A program made the position numbers and the translations under genes. From Nitrospirota bacterium (GTDB lineage Bacteria; Nitrospirota; Nitrospiria; Nitrospirales; Nitrospiraceae), in NCBI GenBank assembly GCA_018971525.1, contig JAGXAR010000013.1:2389-66388 (forward strand): 64,000 nucleotides of DNA. The letters run 5' to 3'. This document shows, piece after piece, positions 45,321-53,932 of the stretch. Numbering within the stretch: the first letter of the stretch is position 1; the number at the start of each line of letters is the position of its first letter. Under the pieces are notes generated by a model. That model made no database searches. It was not told the DNA's origin and was given only the letters and a program-made list of their open reading frames with translations.

Positions 45321-45780
45321 ATGACAAGACGACGACGGCCTGGCAAGCGAGTGACAACCAGACCTCCGTTTCAGACCACAGACCGCAGAGGCGCTCAACG
45401 AGTGCCTCGTTCAGTTCATGGTCCGCTTTTCCGCAACCGATAGCTTCCAACATGTCGGCAATGGAATGGCCCTTGACCTGTCTGAGAGCGGGTTCAAGCT
45501 CTCCGGCGCAGAGCTGTTGCCCATAGGAAGCTTCTGGGATCTCTACCTGACCATCTCTGGGACGCCCCGACCGGTTCTCATCTCAGAGGTTCGGGTCATC
45601 CGGGTCGCGAAAAACGAATACGGAATCGAGTTTCTCCGCATCTCGGCGCGAGAGCGAACGCGGTTACGTGATTTCCTCTGGAAGCAGACGACTCGCTCCA
45701 TCCTTGAAGGCGGACATCCCTTGTTTTCCCTCGTTGACCACTCGGGCACACGACCGACACACCTCAAATCACTGCCCTAA
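45321..45780 (+). pseudogene. PilZ-domain paralog 4, interrupted by a 1-nt frameshift near 45408
   Basis: The frame from ATG 45321 encodes MTRRRRPG...DRRGAQRVP (RxxxR) and stops at 45441. The frame of ORF 45418-45780 encodes VQFMVRFSATD...DLSESG (DxSxxG). Removing one base at about 45408 restores the paralog pattern R-V-P-x-x-F-x-V-x-F-S. Confidence 0.65.
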
Positions 45781-45913
45781 GAGCTTCTCGGATACGCCTA
45801 CGGCGGGCTGACTCCTACCAGCCGGAATGCTCGGCAACATCGGTGCAGTTCAGTCCCCTCTAGCCAGCAACGTCATCGTTTCTTGTCAGGAAACCATTCA
45901 GCATGCTATCGTC

Positions 45914-45947
45914 CGATAGTGAGTGAGTAACTACTCACTCACTATCG
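45914..45947. promoter_or_regulatory. Perfect 16-bp inverted repeat; candidate TetR operator
   Basis: CGATAGTGAGTGAGTA-AC-TACTCACTCACTATCG, ending 10 nt upstream of the TetR ATG (45958). Confidence 0.6.
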
Positions 45948-45957
45948 TTGACGCTCA

Positions 45958-46605
45958 ATGACACAGACACCTCGAACCGTGCGCGCCTCCAGTAAAGAAC
46001 GGCAGGCCGGGCTGATTGCCGCGGCCGCGTCCCTATTTGCAGCGAAGGGATTTAACGGCACCACTACAAAAGAAATTGCCAAGGCGGCCGGCGTGAGCGA
46101 GGCTTTGGTCTTCAAATATTTCCCGACGAAACGGACGCTCTACGCCGCGATCCTGGCAGAAAAGGTGATCATCAACGAACTGCTCGAAGCGGTGGAGGAG
46201 GCGGCAGGGAAGCACGACGACCATCGCGTGTTTACGATGATTGCGAGCTATCGCATCCGTCCCGGCGTCGATTCCACGTTCTTGCGACTCCTCTTGTTCA
46301 GCGCGCTGGAAGGGCATGAACTATCCGAGATGTTCTTCGGCAGACACCACAAGGTCTTCTATGACCACCTCGCCGCCTACATTCGAACAAGGATTGAAGA
46401 CGGTGCGTTTCGCCCGGTCGATCCCCTCCTGGCAGCCCGCGCATTCATCGGCATGGTGGTCCATCACCGTCTGCTCCATGAGATCTTCGGGGTCCCGATG
46501 CATCAATCCCATGAGGCCACGGTGGCAAACTACGTCGACCTCTTCCTCACCGGACTGATCAAGGAACCATCCAGCCGTAAGACTCCGGGGAGGCGTTCGC
46601 GATGA
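45958..46605 (+). CDS. TetR/AcrR-family transcriptional regulator
   Basis: N-terminal helix-turn-helix GFNGTTTKEIAKAAGVSEALVFKYFPTK. ATGA overlap with the downstream MFP (membrane fusion protein) gene. Confidence 0.85.
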   Translation: MTQTPRTVRASSKERQAGLIAAAASLFAAKGFNGTTTKEIAKAAGVSEALVFKYFPTKRTLYAAILAEKVIINELLEAVEEAAGKHDDHRVFTMIASYRIRPGVDSTFLRLLLFSALEGHELSEMFFGRHHKVFYDHLAAYIRTRIEDGAFRPVDPLLAARAFIGMVVHHRLLHEIFGVPMHQSHEATVANYVDLFLTGLIKEPSSRKTPGRRSR

Positions 46606-47789
46606 ATCCCTTGAAACAACATCCGATTGTCACGCTGGGGGTCATTGTTTTCTTTGCAGTCACGGCCCTTGTCGTGTTCCGCCTCAGCAGCGGCGCCAAG
46701 AGCGACCCCCGCAAGACCCGGGCCATCACCGTCGCCACCGTTGCGCCGCTGAAGCAGGACCTCGACATTCGACTCACCTATACCGCCGACATCAACCCGA
46801 ACCAATCGGTCAATCTGTTCTCACGGGTCGACGGCTACATTGCAAAAATCTACGTCGACAAAGGCGACCTGGTCAAAGCCAACCAACTCCTGATCGAGAT
46901 CGATCACACGGATTATCAGCATGCCGTCAACCAGGCCAAGGCAAACCTGGCTGCAGCCAGAGCGAGAGTCTCGCAGCAGGATGCCAGTGTCCGCAATGCC
47001 ACCCTCACGCTCGATCGGATGCAGGCGCTAATCAAAGACCAGTTTGTGTCGCAGCAAGATCTGGATAACGCCCAGGTCGCATACGACGCGGCAGCGGCGG
47101 CTCTCGACTCACTCCGCGCGCAGGTCCAGCAAATGGCCGTGGCCCTGGCGCAGGCCGAAACGAACCTGGCCTACTCATATATCCGTGCACCCTTCGCTGG
47201 TTACGTGGCCGAGCGGAACCTCGATCTCGGGGCCTATGTCAGCGGGGCAACCGCCGGCACCTCCACCATCTCGCGCGGGATCCTCACCCTCCATGAGATC
47301 CAGACAGTCCGTATTCTGATCGAGGTAGTCGAGAAAGACGTCCCGCTCATTCAGTTGGGTCAAAAGGCAGAAGTTCGCGCCGAGGCCTATCCCGATCGCG
47401 TATTCGAAGGCACGGTCACCCGCGTCGTCCAGGCGCTGAACCGGGCCACCCGTACGATGACGGTCGAAGTGGATCTCCCGAACAAGGATCATGTATTGAA
47501 AGGCGGCATGTTCGCCCGCGTGGAGGTCCTGGTCGGCACCCATCGAAACACGATTCAGATCCCCATCGACGCGGTGAGCCGATTGGAAGATGCCCAATAT
47601 GTCTACATTGTGCGCGAAGGAAAGGCCCGGCGCGTGCCGGTGGAAATCGGGGTACGCGACGAGAACCGGGTCGAGATCACGAAAGGGTTGGACGGGTCGG
47701 AGCAGGTGATCGTCTCCGGGAAGGACCTCGTGCATGATGGCACTCCCGTGCAGACCCAATCACTCGAACCCGTGAAACGTGAGGGGTGA
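46602..47789 (+). CDS. RND efflux periplasmic adaptor (membrane fusion protein, HlyD family)
   Basis: 395-aa ORF with an N-terminal TM anchor, a coiled-coil hairpin region (AAARARVSQQDA...LDSLRAQVQQ) and barrel-sandwich motifs. Confidence 0.85.
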   Translation: MNPLKQHPIVTLGVIVFFAVTALVVFRLSSGAKSDPRKTRAITVATVAPLKQDLDIRLTYTADINPNQSVNLFSRVDGYIAKIYVDKGDLVKANQLLIEIDHTDYQHAVNQAKANLAAARARVSQQDASVRNATLTLDRMQALIKDQFVSQQDLDNAQVAYDAAAAALDSLRAQVQQMAVALAQAETNLAYSYIRAPFAGYVAERNLDLGAYVSGATAGTSTISRGILTLHEIQTVRILIEVVEKDVPLIQLGQKAEVRAEAYPDRVFEGTVTRVVQALNRATRTMTVEVDLPNKDHVLKGGMFARVEVLVGTHRNTIQIPIDAVSRLEDAQYVYIVREGKARRVPVEIGVRDENRVEITKGLDGSEQVIVSGKDLVHDGTPVQTQSLEPVKREG

Positions 47790-47877
47790 AGCGCGAGGCG
47801 TGCAGTGAAGACACCAGTTCGCCTTCCATTTCCTTACTCATTCCCTGACGTCTTACGTTTCACCTCTCACATTTCAC
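47772..47877 (+). other. Long imperfect hairpin in the MFP-RND intercistronic spacer
   Basis: The arm GTGAAACGTGAGGGGTGAAGCG (47772-47793, covering the MFP stop) pairs with CGTTTCACCTCTCACATTTCAC (47856-47877). By eye, 19/22 Watson-Crick pairs, 2 G-U pairs and 1 mismatch, with a 62-nt loop. Confidence 0.45.
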
Positions 47878-47893
47878 GTTTCACGTCTCCATC

Positions 47894-50800
47894 ATGTGGC
47901 TAACCCTCCTCGCACTTCGCAATCGCATCGGCATCTTGATGCTGTCCTTGGCCATGGTGATCCTGGGTGCCACCTCCCTCCAGCGGCTGCCGGTCGATCT
48001 CTTTCCACAGATTCAAGTGCCCGTCGCCTTCGTCGGCGTCATCTATAAAGGAGCGCCGCCGCTCGACATCGAACAGAGCGTGGTCTATCCCATCGAAAAA
48101 GCCGTCAGTTCTGCGTCGAACGTCGAGCACGTCGAGTCGTTCGCGAAACAAGGCATCGGCGGGGTGCAGATCTGGTTCAACTGGGGCGCGGACATTAACG
48201 TCGGCCAGATGGAGGTGATGCAACGCATCACCCAAATTCTCAACAGTCTCCCGCCCGGCATCCTGCAACCCTTCATCGTCAAGTTCGACGTCTCCAATAT
48301 CCCTGTCTCCTTCGTGACGGTCTCCAGCGACGATCTCGACGAACGGGCCCTGTACGACCTGGCTTTTAATACGATTGCGCCGCAAATCGAACAGATCGCC
48401 AACGTCGCCGCAGCCACCGTGGAGGGCGGGAAGATCCGCCAGATCAACATCAATCTCGACCCGGCTCTGCTGAACGCCCGGAGCCTCTCGATTCTCGACG
48501 TGGTCAAATCCGTGAAGGCCGCCAACCTCATTCTCCCCTCGGGCGACATCAAAGCCGGCAACCTGGACTACAACGTCTTCACCAATAATCAGTTCCGCAC
48601 GGTCGACCCGATCCAGGACGTGATCGTGAAGGTCAACCAGCAGGGCAGCCCCGTGCGTGTGCGGGATGTCGGGACCGTGACCGATTCGTCTGACATTCAG
48701 ACCAACATCGTCAGAACAGACGGGGCCAGAGCCGTGTATCTGCGGGTGAACAAACAGCCCATCGCCAACACTGTGGAGGTGGTGGATGCGCTGCGCAAGG
48801 CCCTGCCGAAGATGGTCGGCATCCCGCCCAGCGTGAAGCTCGGTATTTCCTTCGACCAATCGGTCTACATCCGCCAGTCGATCAGCAACCTCATCGAGCA
48901 GGCGCTACACGGATCGCTGTTGGCCGCAGCGGTCATCTTGATTTTCCTCCGCAATCTCACGAGCACCCTGATCATTTCCGTCGCCATTCCCCTCTCGATC
49001 ATGGTGACCTTCATCGTGCTCTACTTCTCCGGGCAAACCCTGAACGTGTTCACGCTGGGGGGCCTGGCCCTCGGGATCGGCCGGCTCGTCGATGATTCCA
49101 TTGTGGAACTCGAGAACATTCAGAGACATCTCAACACCACGCCCCGCCGCTGGGACGCGATCCTGGAAGCGGCCCGCGAGGTGGCGATGCCCATCCTCGC
49201 CTCGACGATCACCACGGTCGTCGTCTTCCTCCCGATTTTCTTCGTCGTCGGGATTGCCCGCTTGCTCCTGATTCCCCTGACCATCACGATTGCAATCTCG
49301 CTCTTCACCTCCTTCTTCGTCTCACGCACAGTGACCCCGGCTCTCTGCTACAAATTCCTCAAGCCGGAACAGGAGTCCCACCGTTCGATGCCGACATGGT
49401 TCGTGCGCCTGATGGATTGGAGTCGCGAACGGTACGAGTCCCTGGACAAAGGCTATGAGGGATCGCTCCGCTGGGTCTTGGCCCATCGTCGACTCTTCAT
49501 CACCGGCATCCTCCTCCTCTTCGCCGCCTCGCTTGCGCTGGTACCCAAGATCGGGACGGAATTTCTTCCGGTGTCGGATGAAAGCCAGTTCCGCATTGTC
49601 CTGCGCGGACCGGTCGGTCAGCGAGTGGAAAAAACCGAACAGCAAGTGGCCGAGGTCGAACGGGTGCTGCGGGAACAGATCCCTGCCGAGGAACTGGAAA
49701 CCATGGTGTCCAGTACCGGGGTATTGGCCCAGGGCCGTTCCTCTCTGTTCAATCCGAACACCGGCCCCCATACGTCGGTCATCTCCGTCTATCTCGTCTC
49801 GCCGGACAAACGAAAACGGAACCAAGTGCAAATCATGAACGACGTGAGGCCCAAAGTCCTCAAGCTTTTTCCGGGCGTCGCGATGTTTTTCGATCCGGGC
49901 GGCCTCGTCAAACGGGTCACCAGCTTTGGGTCGCAGAAGTCCGTCGACGTCGAGATCTACGGATACGATTTCGAGAAAGCCCGGGGACTCATCCGGGAGG
50001 CCGAAACCCTGATGCACCAAATACAGGGCCTGGCCGACATCGAAGTCAGCCGTGAGGAGAACTATCCAGAGGTCAACGTGGTGGTGGATCGCGAGAAGGC
50101 CGCCCTCCTTGGGATCAGCGAAACGGACGTAGCCAATGCCGTGCTCTTCTCACTCAACGGGAACGGCCAAACCGACCCCATCATCTACACCGACCCGCAA
50201 AACGGGAACGAGTACTACATCAGCGCCTGGCTTTCGGAAGAACATCGCAAGGATCTCACGGACATCGAGAACATCATTTTGACCGCACGAACCGGAGAGC
50301 CGGTCCTCTTGAAAAACGTCGCCTCGCTCAAACTCAATGCGGGCCCGGTGAAGATCGACCGCAAATACTTTCAACGGGTGGTCCATCTGACCGCCAACCC
50401 TGTGAACCGGGACCTCGGCGCCATCGCCTCTGACCTCGAGGCGGGCTTTGCCAGGATCCAGCTCCCCACCGGCTTCAGCATCCGGTTGGCCGGCCAGATT
50501 CAACAACAGAGAGAGACGTTCGAGGGACTGCTGTTCGCCACGATCCTGGCACTGATCCTCGTCTACATGGTGATGGCCGCCCAATTCAAATCGCTGATCG
50601 ACCCCTTCGTCATCATGTTTTCGGTCCCGATGGGCTTCCCGGGCGTGATTCTGATCCTCTTCCTGACCGATACGACGCTCTCCACCACATCGATGATGGG
50701 CATCATCATGATGCTGGGCATCGTGGTCTCAAACGGAGTCCTGCTGGTGGATTATACGAACGTGCTGCGGCGGCGAGGGCGTGAGTTACATAATGCGGCG

Positions 50801-51085
50801 GTCACAGCCGCGCGGACGCGACTCCGACCCATTCTGATGACCTCCCTCGCCACCGTCGTGGGGCTGCTCCCCATGGCGATCGGCTGGGGAACCGGCGGAG
50901 AAACGAACGCCCCGTTGGCGCGCGCGGTCGTCGGAGGACTCAGCGTCTCCACAATCCTCACGCTCTTTCTCGTCCCCACGATCTATGTGATTTTAGAGGA
51001 ACGATTCCCCCGCCATGCGGACGAGGCGCCACAGAATGTCGACTGGATACCGGCAGAACCGGGACAGACATCGACTGACAAATAG
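47894..51085 (+). CDS. RND-family efflux transporter permease (AcrB/HAE1-like)
   Basis: 1063-aa ORF with 12-TM architecture and two large periplasmic loops. It lies immediately after the MFP gene. Confidence 0.9.
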   Translation: MWLTLLALRNRIGILMLSLAMVILGATSLQRLPVDLFPQIQVPVAFVGVIYKGAPPLDIEQSVVYPIEKAVSSASNVEHVESFAKQGIGGVQIWFNWGADINVGQMEVMQRITQILNSLPPGILQPFIVKFDVSNIPVSFVTVSSDDLDERALYDLAFNTIAPQIEQIANVAAATVEGGKIRQININLDPALLNARSLSILDVVKSVKAANLILPSGDIKAGNLDYNVFTNNQFRTVDPIQDVIVKVNQQGSPVRVRDVGTVTDSSDIQTNIVRTDGARAVYLRVNKQPIANTVEVVDALRKALPKMVGIPPSVKLGISFDQSVYIRQSISNLIEQALHGSLLAAAVILIFLRNLTSTLIISVAIPLSIMVTFIVLYFSGQTLNVFTLGGLALGIGRLVDDSIVELENIQRHLNTTPRRWDAILEAAREVAMPILASTITTVVVFLPIFFVVGIARLLLIPLTITIAISLFTSFFVSRTVTPALCYKFLKPEQESHRSMPTWFVRLMDWSRERYESLDKGYEGSLRWVLAHRRLFITGILLLFAASLALVPKIGTEFLPVSDESQFRIVLRGPVGQRVEKTEQQVAEVERVLREQIPAEELETMVSSTGVLAQGRSSLFNPNTGPHTSVISVYLVSPDKRKRNQVQIMNDVRPKVLKLFPGVAMFFDPGGLVKRVTSFGSQKSVDVEIYGYDFEKARGLIREAETLMHQIQGLADIEVSREENYPEVNVVVDREKAALLGISETDVANAVLFSLNGNGQTDPIIYTDPQNGNEYYISAWLSEEHRKDLTDIENIILTARTGEPVLLKNVASLKLNAGPVKIDRKYFQRVVHLTANPVNRDLGAIASDLEAGFARIQLPTGFSIRLAGQIQQQRETFEGLLFATILALILVYMVMAAQFKSLIDPFVIMFSVPMGFPGVILILFLTDTTLSTTSMMGIIMMLGIVVSNGVLLVDYTNVLRRRGRELHNAAVTAARTRLRPILMTSLATVVGLLPMAIGWGTGGETNAPLARAVVGGLSVSTILTLFLVPTIYVILEERFPRHADEAPQNVDWIPAEPGQTSTDK

Positions 51086-51098
51086 AGAAGCTGGCTGG

Positions 51099-51431
51099 TT
51101 ACCCGACGGTGGGAAAAAGCGCCTTCAGTTGCATCGCCAAGCCAATGTCCCCGCTGATCTTGAGTCGGCCCGACATAGCGACGGCTGGTCCACTCAACTG
51201 GCCCTTCAAAATCTTGATGCAATCCTCCCCGGCCATCGACAGCAAGACGTGCGGGTCCGCATGCATCCCCTCTGCGACATGACAGGCCCCCCCTTGGATC
51301 GTAAGAATATACTGTCCTCCCTGCACGCCGCTCAAATCAAATTGGTAGACCGCATCAAGATCTTCGGCGGCATCTGAATCGAGCTGACCCGGGAGAAGCT
51401 CAAAAAACTCTTTGATGGTGTTGGGATTCAT
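51099..51431 (-). CDS. SCP2 sterol-binding-domain protein
   Basis: AVYQFDLSGVQGG...MSGRLKISGDIGLAMQLKALF is typical of SCP2. Start reset to ATG 51431, because the longer ORF (GTG 51521) runs into a MITE copy. Confidence 0.7.
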   Translation of the reverse strand: MNPNTIKEFFELLPGQLDSDAAEDLDAVYQFDLSGVQGGQYILTIQGGACHVAEGMHADPHVLLSMAGEDCIKILKGQLSGPAVAMSGRLKISGDIGLAMQLKALFPTVG

Positions 51432-51457
51432 GGTTCGTGGGAAGGCGATGGTCTCCA

Positions 51458-51628
51458 GCAGGATGATGAAAAAGTCCGCCGGCAGCGTTCTCGCATCGAA
51501 AGCATCCTCAACGTAGCCCACTCGGGGAATAAGCTGTCTTGGCAGCTTGGGGTGGGCGGGTGAGAAATGCTACGCCTCCGGCCCTTCACTCGCTGCGGCC
51601 TTGCTGGACGACATTTTGAGCATCCTGC
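51458..51628. repeat. MITE-like repeat, long variant (copy 2)
   Basis: TIRs: GCAGGATGATGAAAAAGTCCGCC (51458-51480) and GACGACATTTTGAGCATCCTGC (51607-51628). The interior is homologous to the copies at 55.5, 58.8 and 59.9 kb. Confidence 0.75.
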
Positions 51629-51750
51629 GGGAGTGATGCCCTGTTGTGCCACACGTGCGGACCATCGAAGTTCAAGCGTGCCACAATAGTCTATGCGGAG
51701 CCTGCTCGAATCGATACGGGAGCCGCGGCACCGCGGCTCCCGGTCCCTTG

Positions 51751-52191
51751 CTAGTAGCGGAGCGTAACCGTCGCGGTACTGCGACGCGCGCCGAAAAAAT
51801 CTTTGGAGAACGCCTCGACGACGGCAGGGTCATAGCCCTTGCAGCTGAAAATGTCGAGGTAGGCGTTGTTCGTGTCGTTCGCAAAATGACCGCTGATCAA
51901 CGAGGTCGAGATCAGCTGCACCATGGAATAGCCGGCGACGCGGCCTGAGCCGAAATCGACGACCTGGCACTCGCCAAAACGCTTCATGTCGATGAGTTCG
52001 CAGAGCTCGACGACATAGCGGCGAATATGGTCGGCATTGCGGATCAGGTCGGGATTACAATCTTGGAGGTCAACTGCGGTGCAGAGTCCCCACGCTTTCC
52101 CCTCGCCCACCATCTCTTGGGGGGCAATCGGGGCAGCTGCTGGGGACTCGGATGGAAAGATCGCGGACTCTGAATCGGCCGAGGTACTCAT
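51751..52191 (-). CDS. AdoMetDC-fold (SpeH/SpeD-like) pyruvoyl-enzyme family protein
   Basis: AVDLQDCNP...GYSMVQLISTSLISGHF...AYLDIFSCKGYDP parallels VDLYGC...ESHISIHTWPE...DVFTCG of class-1 AdoMet decarboxylases. Start reset to ATG 52191. Confidence 0.6.
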   Translation of the reverse strand: MSTSADSESAIFPSESPAAAPIAPQEMVGEGKAWGLCTAVDLQDCNPDLIRNADHIRRYVVELCELIDMKRFGECQVVDFGSGRVAGYSMVQLISTSLISGHFANDTNNAYLDIFSCKGYDPAVVEAFSKDFFGARRSTATVTLRY

Positions 52192-52362
52192 AGAGGTTGC
52201 ACACCTTTCTGTTAGGAACGTGAAAAAACTGTAACGCTGCACCTGTATTTTGGAATATACCACGAAATTTTTCGCATCATAGAGGAGGGAGCAACTTTTT
52301 TTCATACCGCAGCCTTCAGGGGCCACTCGATCGATTGACAAGGTTCTCGGCGGTCGGAGAGA

Positions 52363-52569
52363 ATGCCGGCCATGGCCGATTTCACTCCACCACAACCGCA
52401 CCCGACTGCGACCTCAGCCGACCTCCCTGATCGCCTCTGCACCTGGTGTAAGGTGCCAATGAAGAAGCGCCTCGTCGGTGGAATGCAGTTCGTCCACTAC
52501 ACCTGTCCGAAATGCGTCTTCCAGCACACGACCCGACTCGGGCCAAAGCCACCCAGCCCCGCTCACTGA
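52363..52569 (+). CDS. Small zinc-ribbon protein (hypothetical)
   Basis: 68-aa ORF with CTWC-x17-CPKC. No other support. Confidence 0.3.
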   Translation: MPAMADFTPPQPHPTATSADLPDRLCTWCKVPMKKRLVGGMQFVHYTCPKCVFQHTTRLGPKPPSPAH

Positions 52570-52661
52570 CCATACAGCTTCGATCTATCAGGCTGAGAAG
52601 CATCGCTCGTCGTGTAGACACCCCGTATCAGATGTTCACGGTCCAACTTCAACAGCCGGCT

Positions 52662-52784
52662 GCAGGCTGGTCAAAAAGACGTTCAGCAAGGCCGCAGGCG
52701 AGTTAAAACCGGGGCGTACCCTCGGGGTACGTTGAGGATTTAGCGAGCCGAGAACGAAGCTGGAGGTATTTTTCAGCAGCCTGC
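52662..52784. repeat. MITE-like repeat, short variant (copy 3)
   Basis: TIRs: GCAGGCTGGTCAAAAAGACG at the left end and GGTATTTTTCAGCAGCCTGC at the right. An internal palindrome GGGGCGTACCCTCGGGGTACG is present. The right end abuts the stop of the FNR-like gene. Confidence 0.7.
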
Positions 52785-53500
52785 TACTCGTCATACCACT
52801 TCTCTCGATAGATCGGGCAAAGACCTTGAGCCTGCAATAGCGCCGTCACTTCGCGGATCATCCCCCCATTGCCACAGAGATAAGCCGCCAGATTGCGGAC
52901 CGATGTGATGCGGTCCTGGACCAGGGCCGTCACACGCCCAGTGACACCGGTCCAGCCTGCTTCCGGCTTCGACAGGGTGGCCACGAAGGAAAATCGGGGA
53001 TACTGCCCTGCTAAGGACTGAAATTCCTCCTGGTAGTAGAGGTCCCGCTGGCTGCGTAGGCCCCAAAACAGGGTGACGGCTTGGGTCGTCCGTCGCTCAA
53101 GCTGCGCCAGGATCATGGATCGAATCGGCGCGATGCCGGTGCCGGTCGCCACGAACAGCAAGTCCCTCGTGCCATCGTCTTTCAAATAGAAAGAACCAGC
53201 CGGCCCTTTGAAAGTGGTGCGATCTCCGGCCCGAAGGCCATAGAGATAGGTCGACCCCGGACCACCCACCACCAGATTGAAGACGAGCGTCACCCGACCC
53301 CGTTGTGCTGGTGGCGAGGCGATCGAGTAGGGCCTCACGACCGGAGCGGGAAACCCTTCCTTCCGCACTTCGAACGAGATAAATTGGCCCGGCTTGAACG
53401 AGAGGTCTTTCGGTTCGACCAGCACCATCTCGAGTTCACGGACATCGTGGGTCAGATCCCTGACCCGACTGACCGACGCAGTGTAGGTTTGGATGCTCAT
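52784..53500 (-). CDS. Ferredoxin-NADP reductase-type FAD/NAD(P)-binding oxidoreductase
   Basis: RPYSIAS (RxYS FAD motif) and VATGTGIAPIRSM (NAD(P) motif). Start reset to ATG 53500 (the ORF-track start is GTG 53527). Confidence 0.8.
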   Translation of the reverse strand: MSIQTYTASVSRVRDLTHDVRELEMVLVEPKDLSFKPGQFISFEVRKEGFPAPVVRPYSIASPPAQRGRVTLVFNLVVGGPGSTYLYGLRAGDRTTFKGPAGSFYLKDDGTRDLLFVATGTGIAPIRSMILAQLERRTTQAVTLFWGLRSQRDLYYQEEFQSLAGQYPRFSFVATLSKPEAGWTGVTGRVTALVQDRITSVRNLAAYLCGNGGMIREVTALLQAQGLCPIYREKWYDE

Positions 53501-53575
53501 CGAGATCTCTAACAGGATGCTGAACACACCGTAGCACGCAGAGGACCGGGCGTTCAGGCCTCAGCCTGGCCGCCC

Positions 53576-53932
53576 CTATAACTTCCCCTCGATGAGCTTC
53601 CGAATATCTTCCATCCGGCGCCGGTTCACACCCAGGTCTCCATAGCCGGTCCGTGATGCAGACCGGAAGTGGATCGTTTTCGTCTCGTCTTCGAACAGAA
53701 ATTCCACATCGTCCACGAATCGCAGCAAGAAGCTGGTGAACTCGTAGTGGAGATAGGTCTCGTCTTCCTCGACAAGCTTGGTGCGAGGAAGTGATCGAAT
53801 GATGGCTTTGAGCGCTTCCTTCGCTTCAGCTCTGGTCGTCTGGTAGCGAAACGGCGCAATGGCGTGTTCCCCGTTTTTCGCTTGGGTTGAGACGCAGTTG
53901 GGGCTGGAAGGACAAGGGACTAGTTGCCTCAT
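53576..53932 (-). CDS. DUF1499-family protein
   Basis: CPSSPNCVSTQA and the overall ~118-aa layout are typical of DUF1499. Confidence 0.6.
   Translation of the reverse strand: MRQLVPCPSSPNCVSTQAKNGEHAIAPFRYQTTRAEAKEALKAIIRSLPRTKLVEEDETYLHYEFTSFLLRFVDDVEFLFEDETKTIHFRSASRTGYGDLGVNRRRMEDIRKLIEGKL

Noticed and set aside
47900-50020. Minus-strand ORFs of 319 aa and 232 aa inside the RND pump gene.
   Set aside because: They are antisense to an unambiguous 1063-aa RND permease. They have Asp/Gly/Arg-rich, non-protein-like composition.
46602-51085. Missing outer-membrane factor in the TetR-MFP-RND operon as an anomaly.
   Set aside because: Many RND operons recruit a TolC-like channel encoded elsewhere, so this is not unusual.
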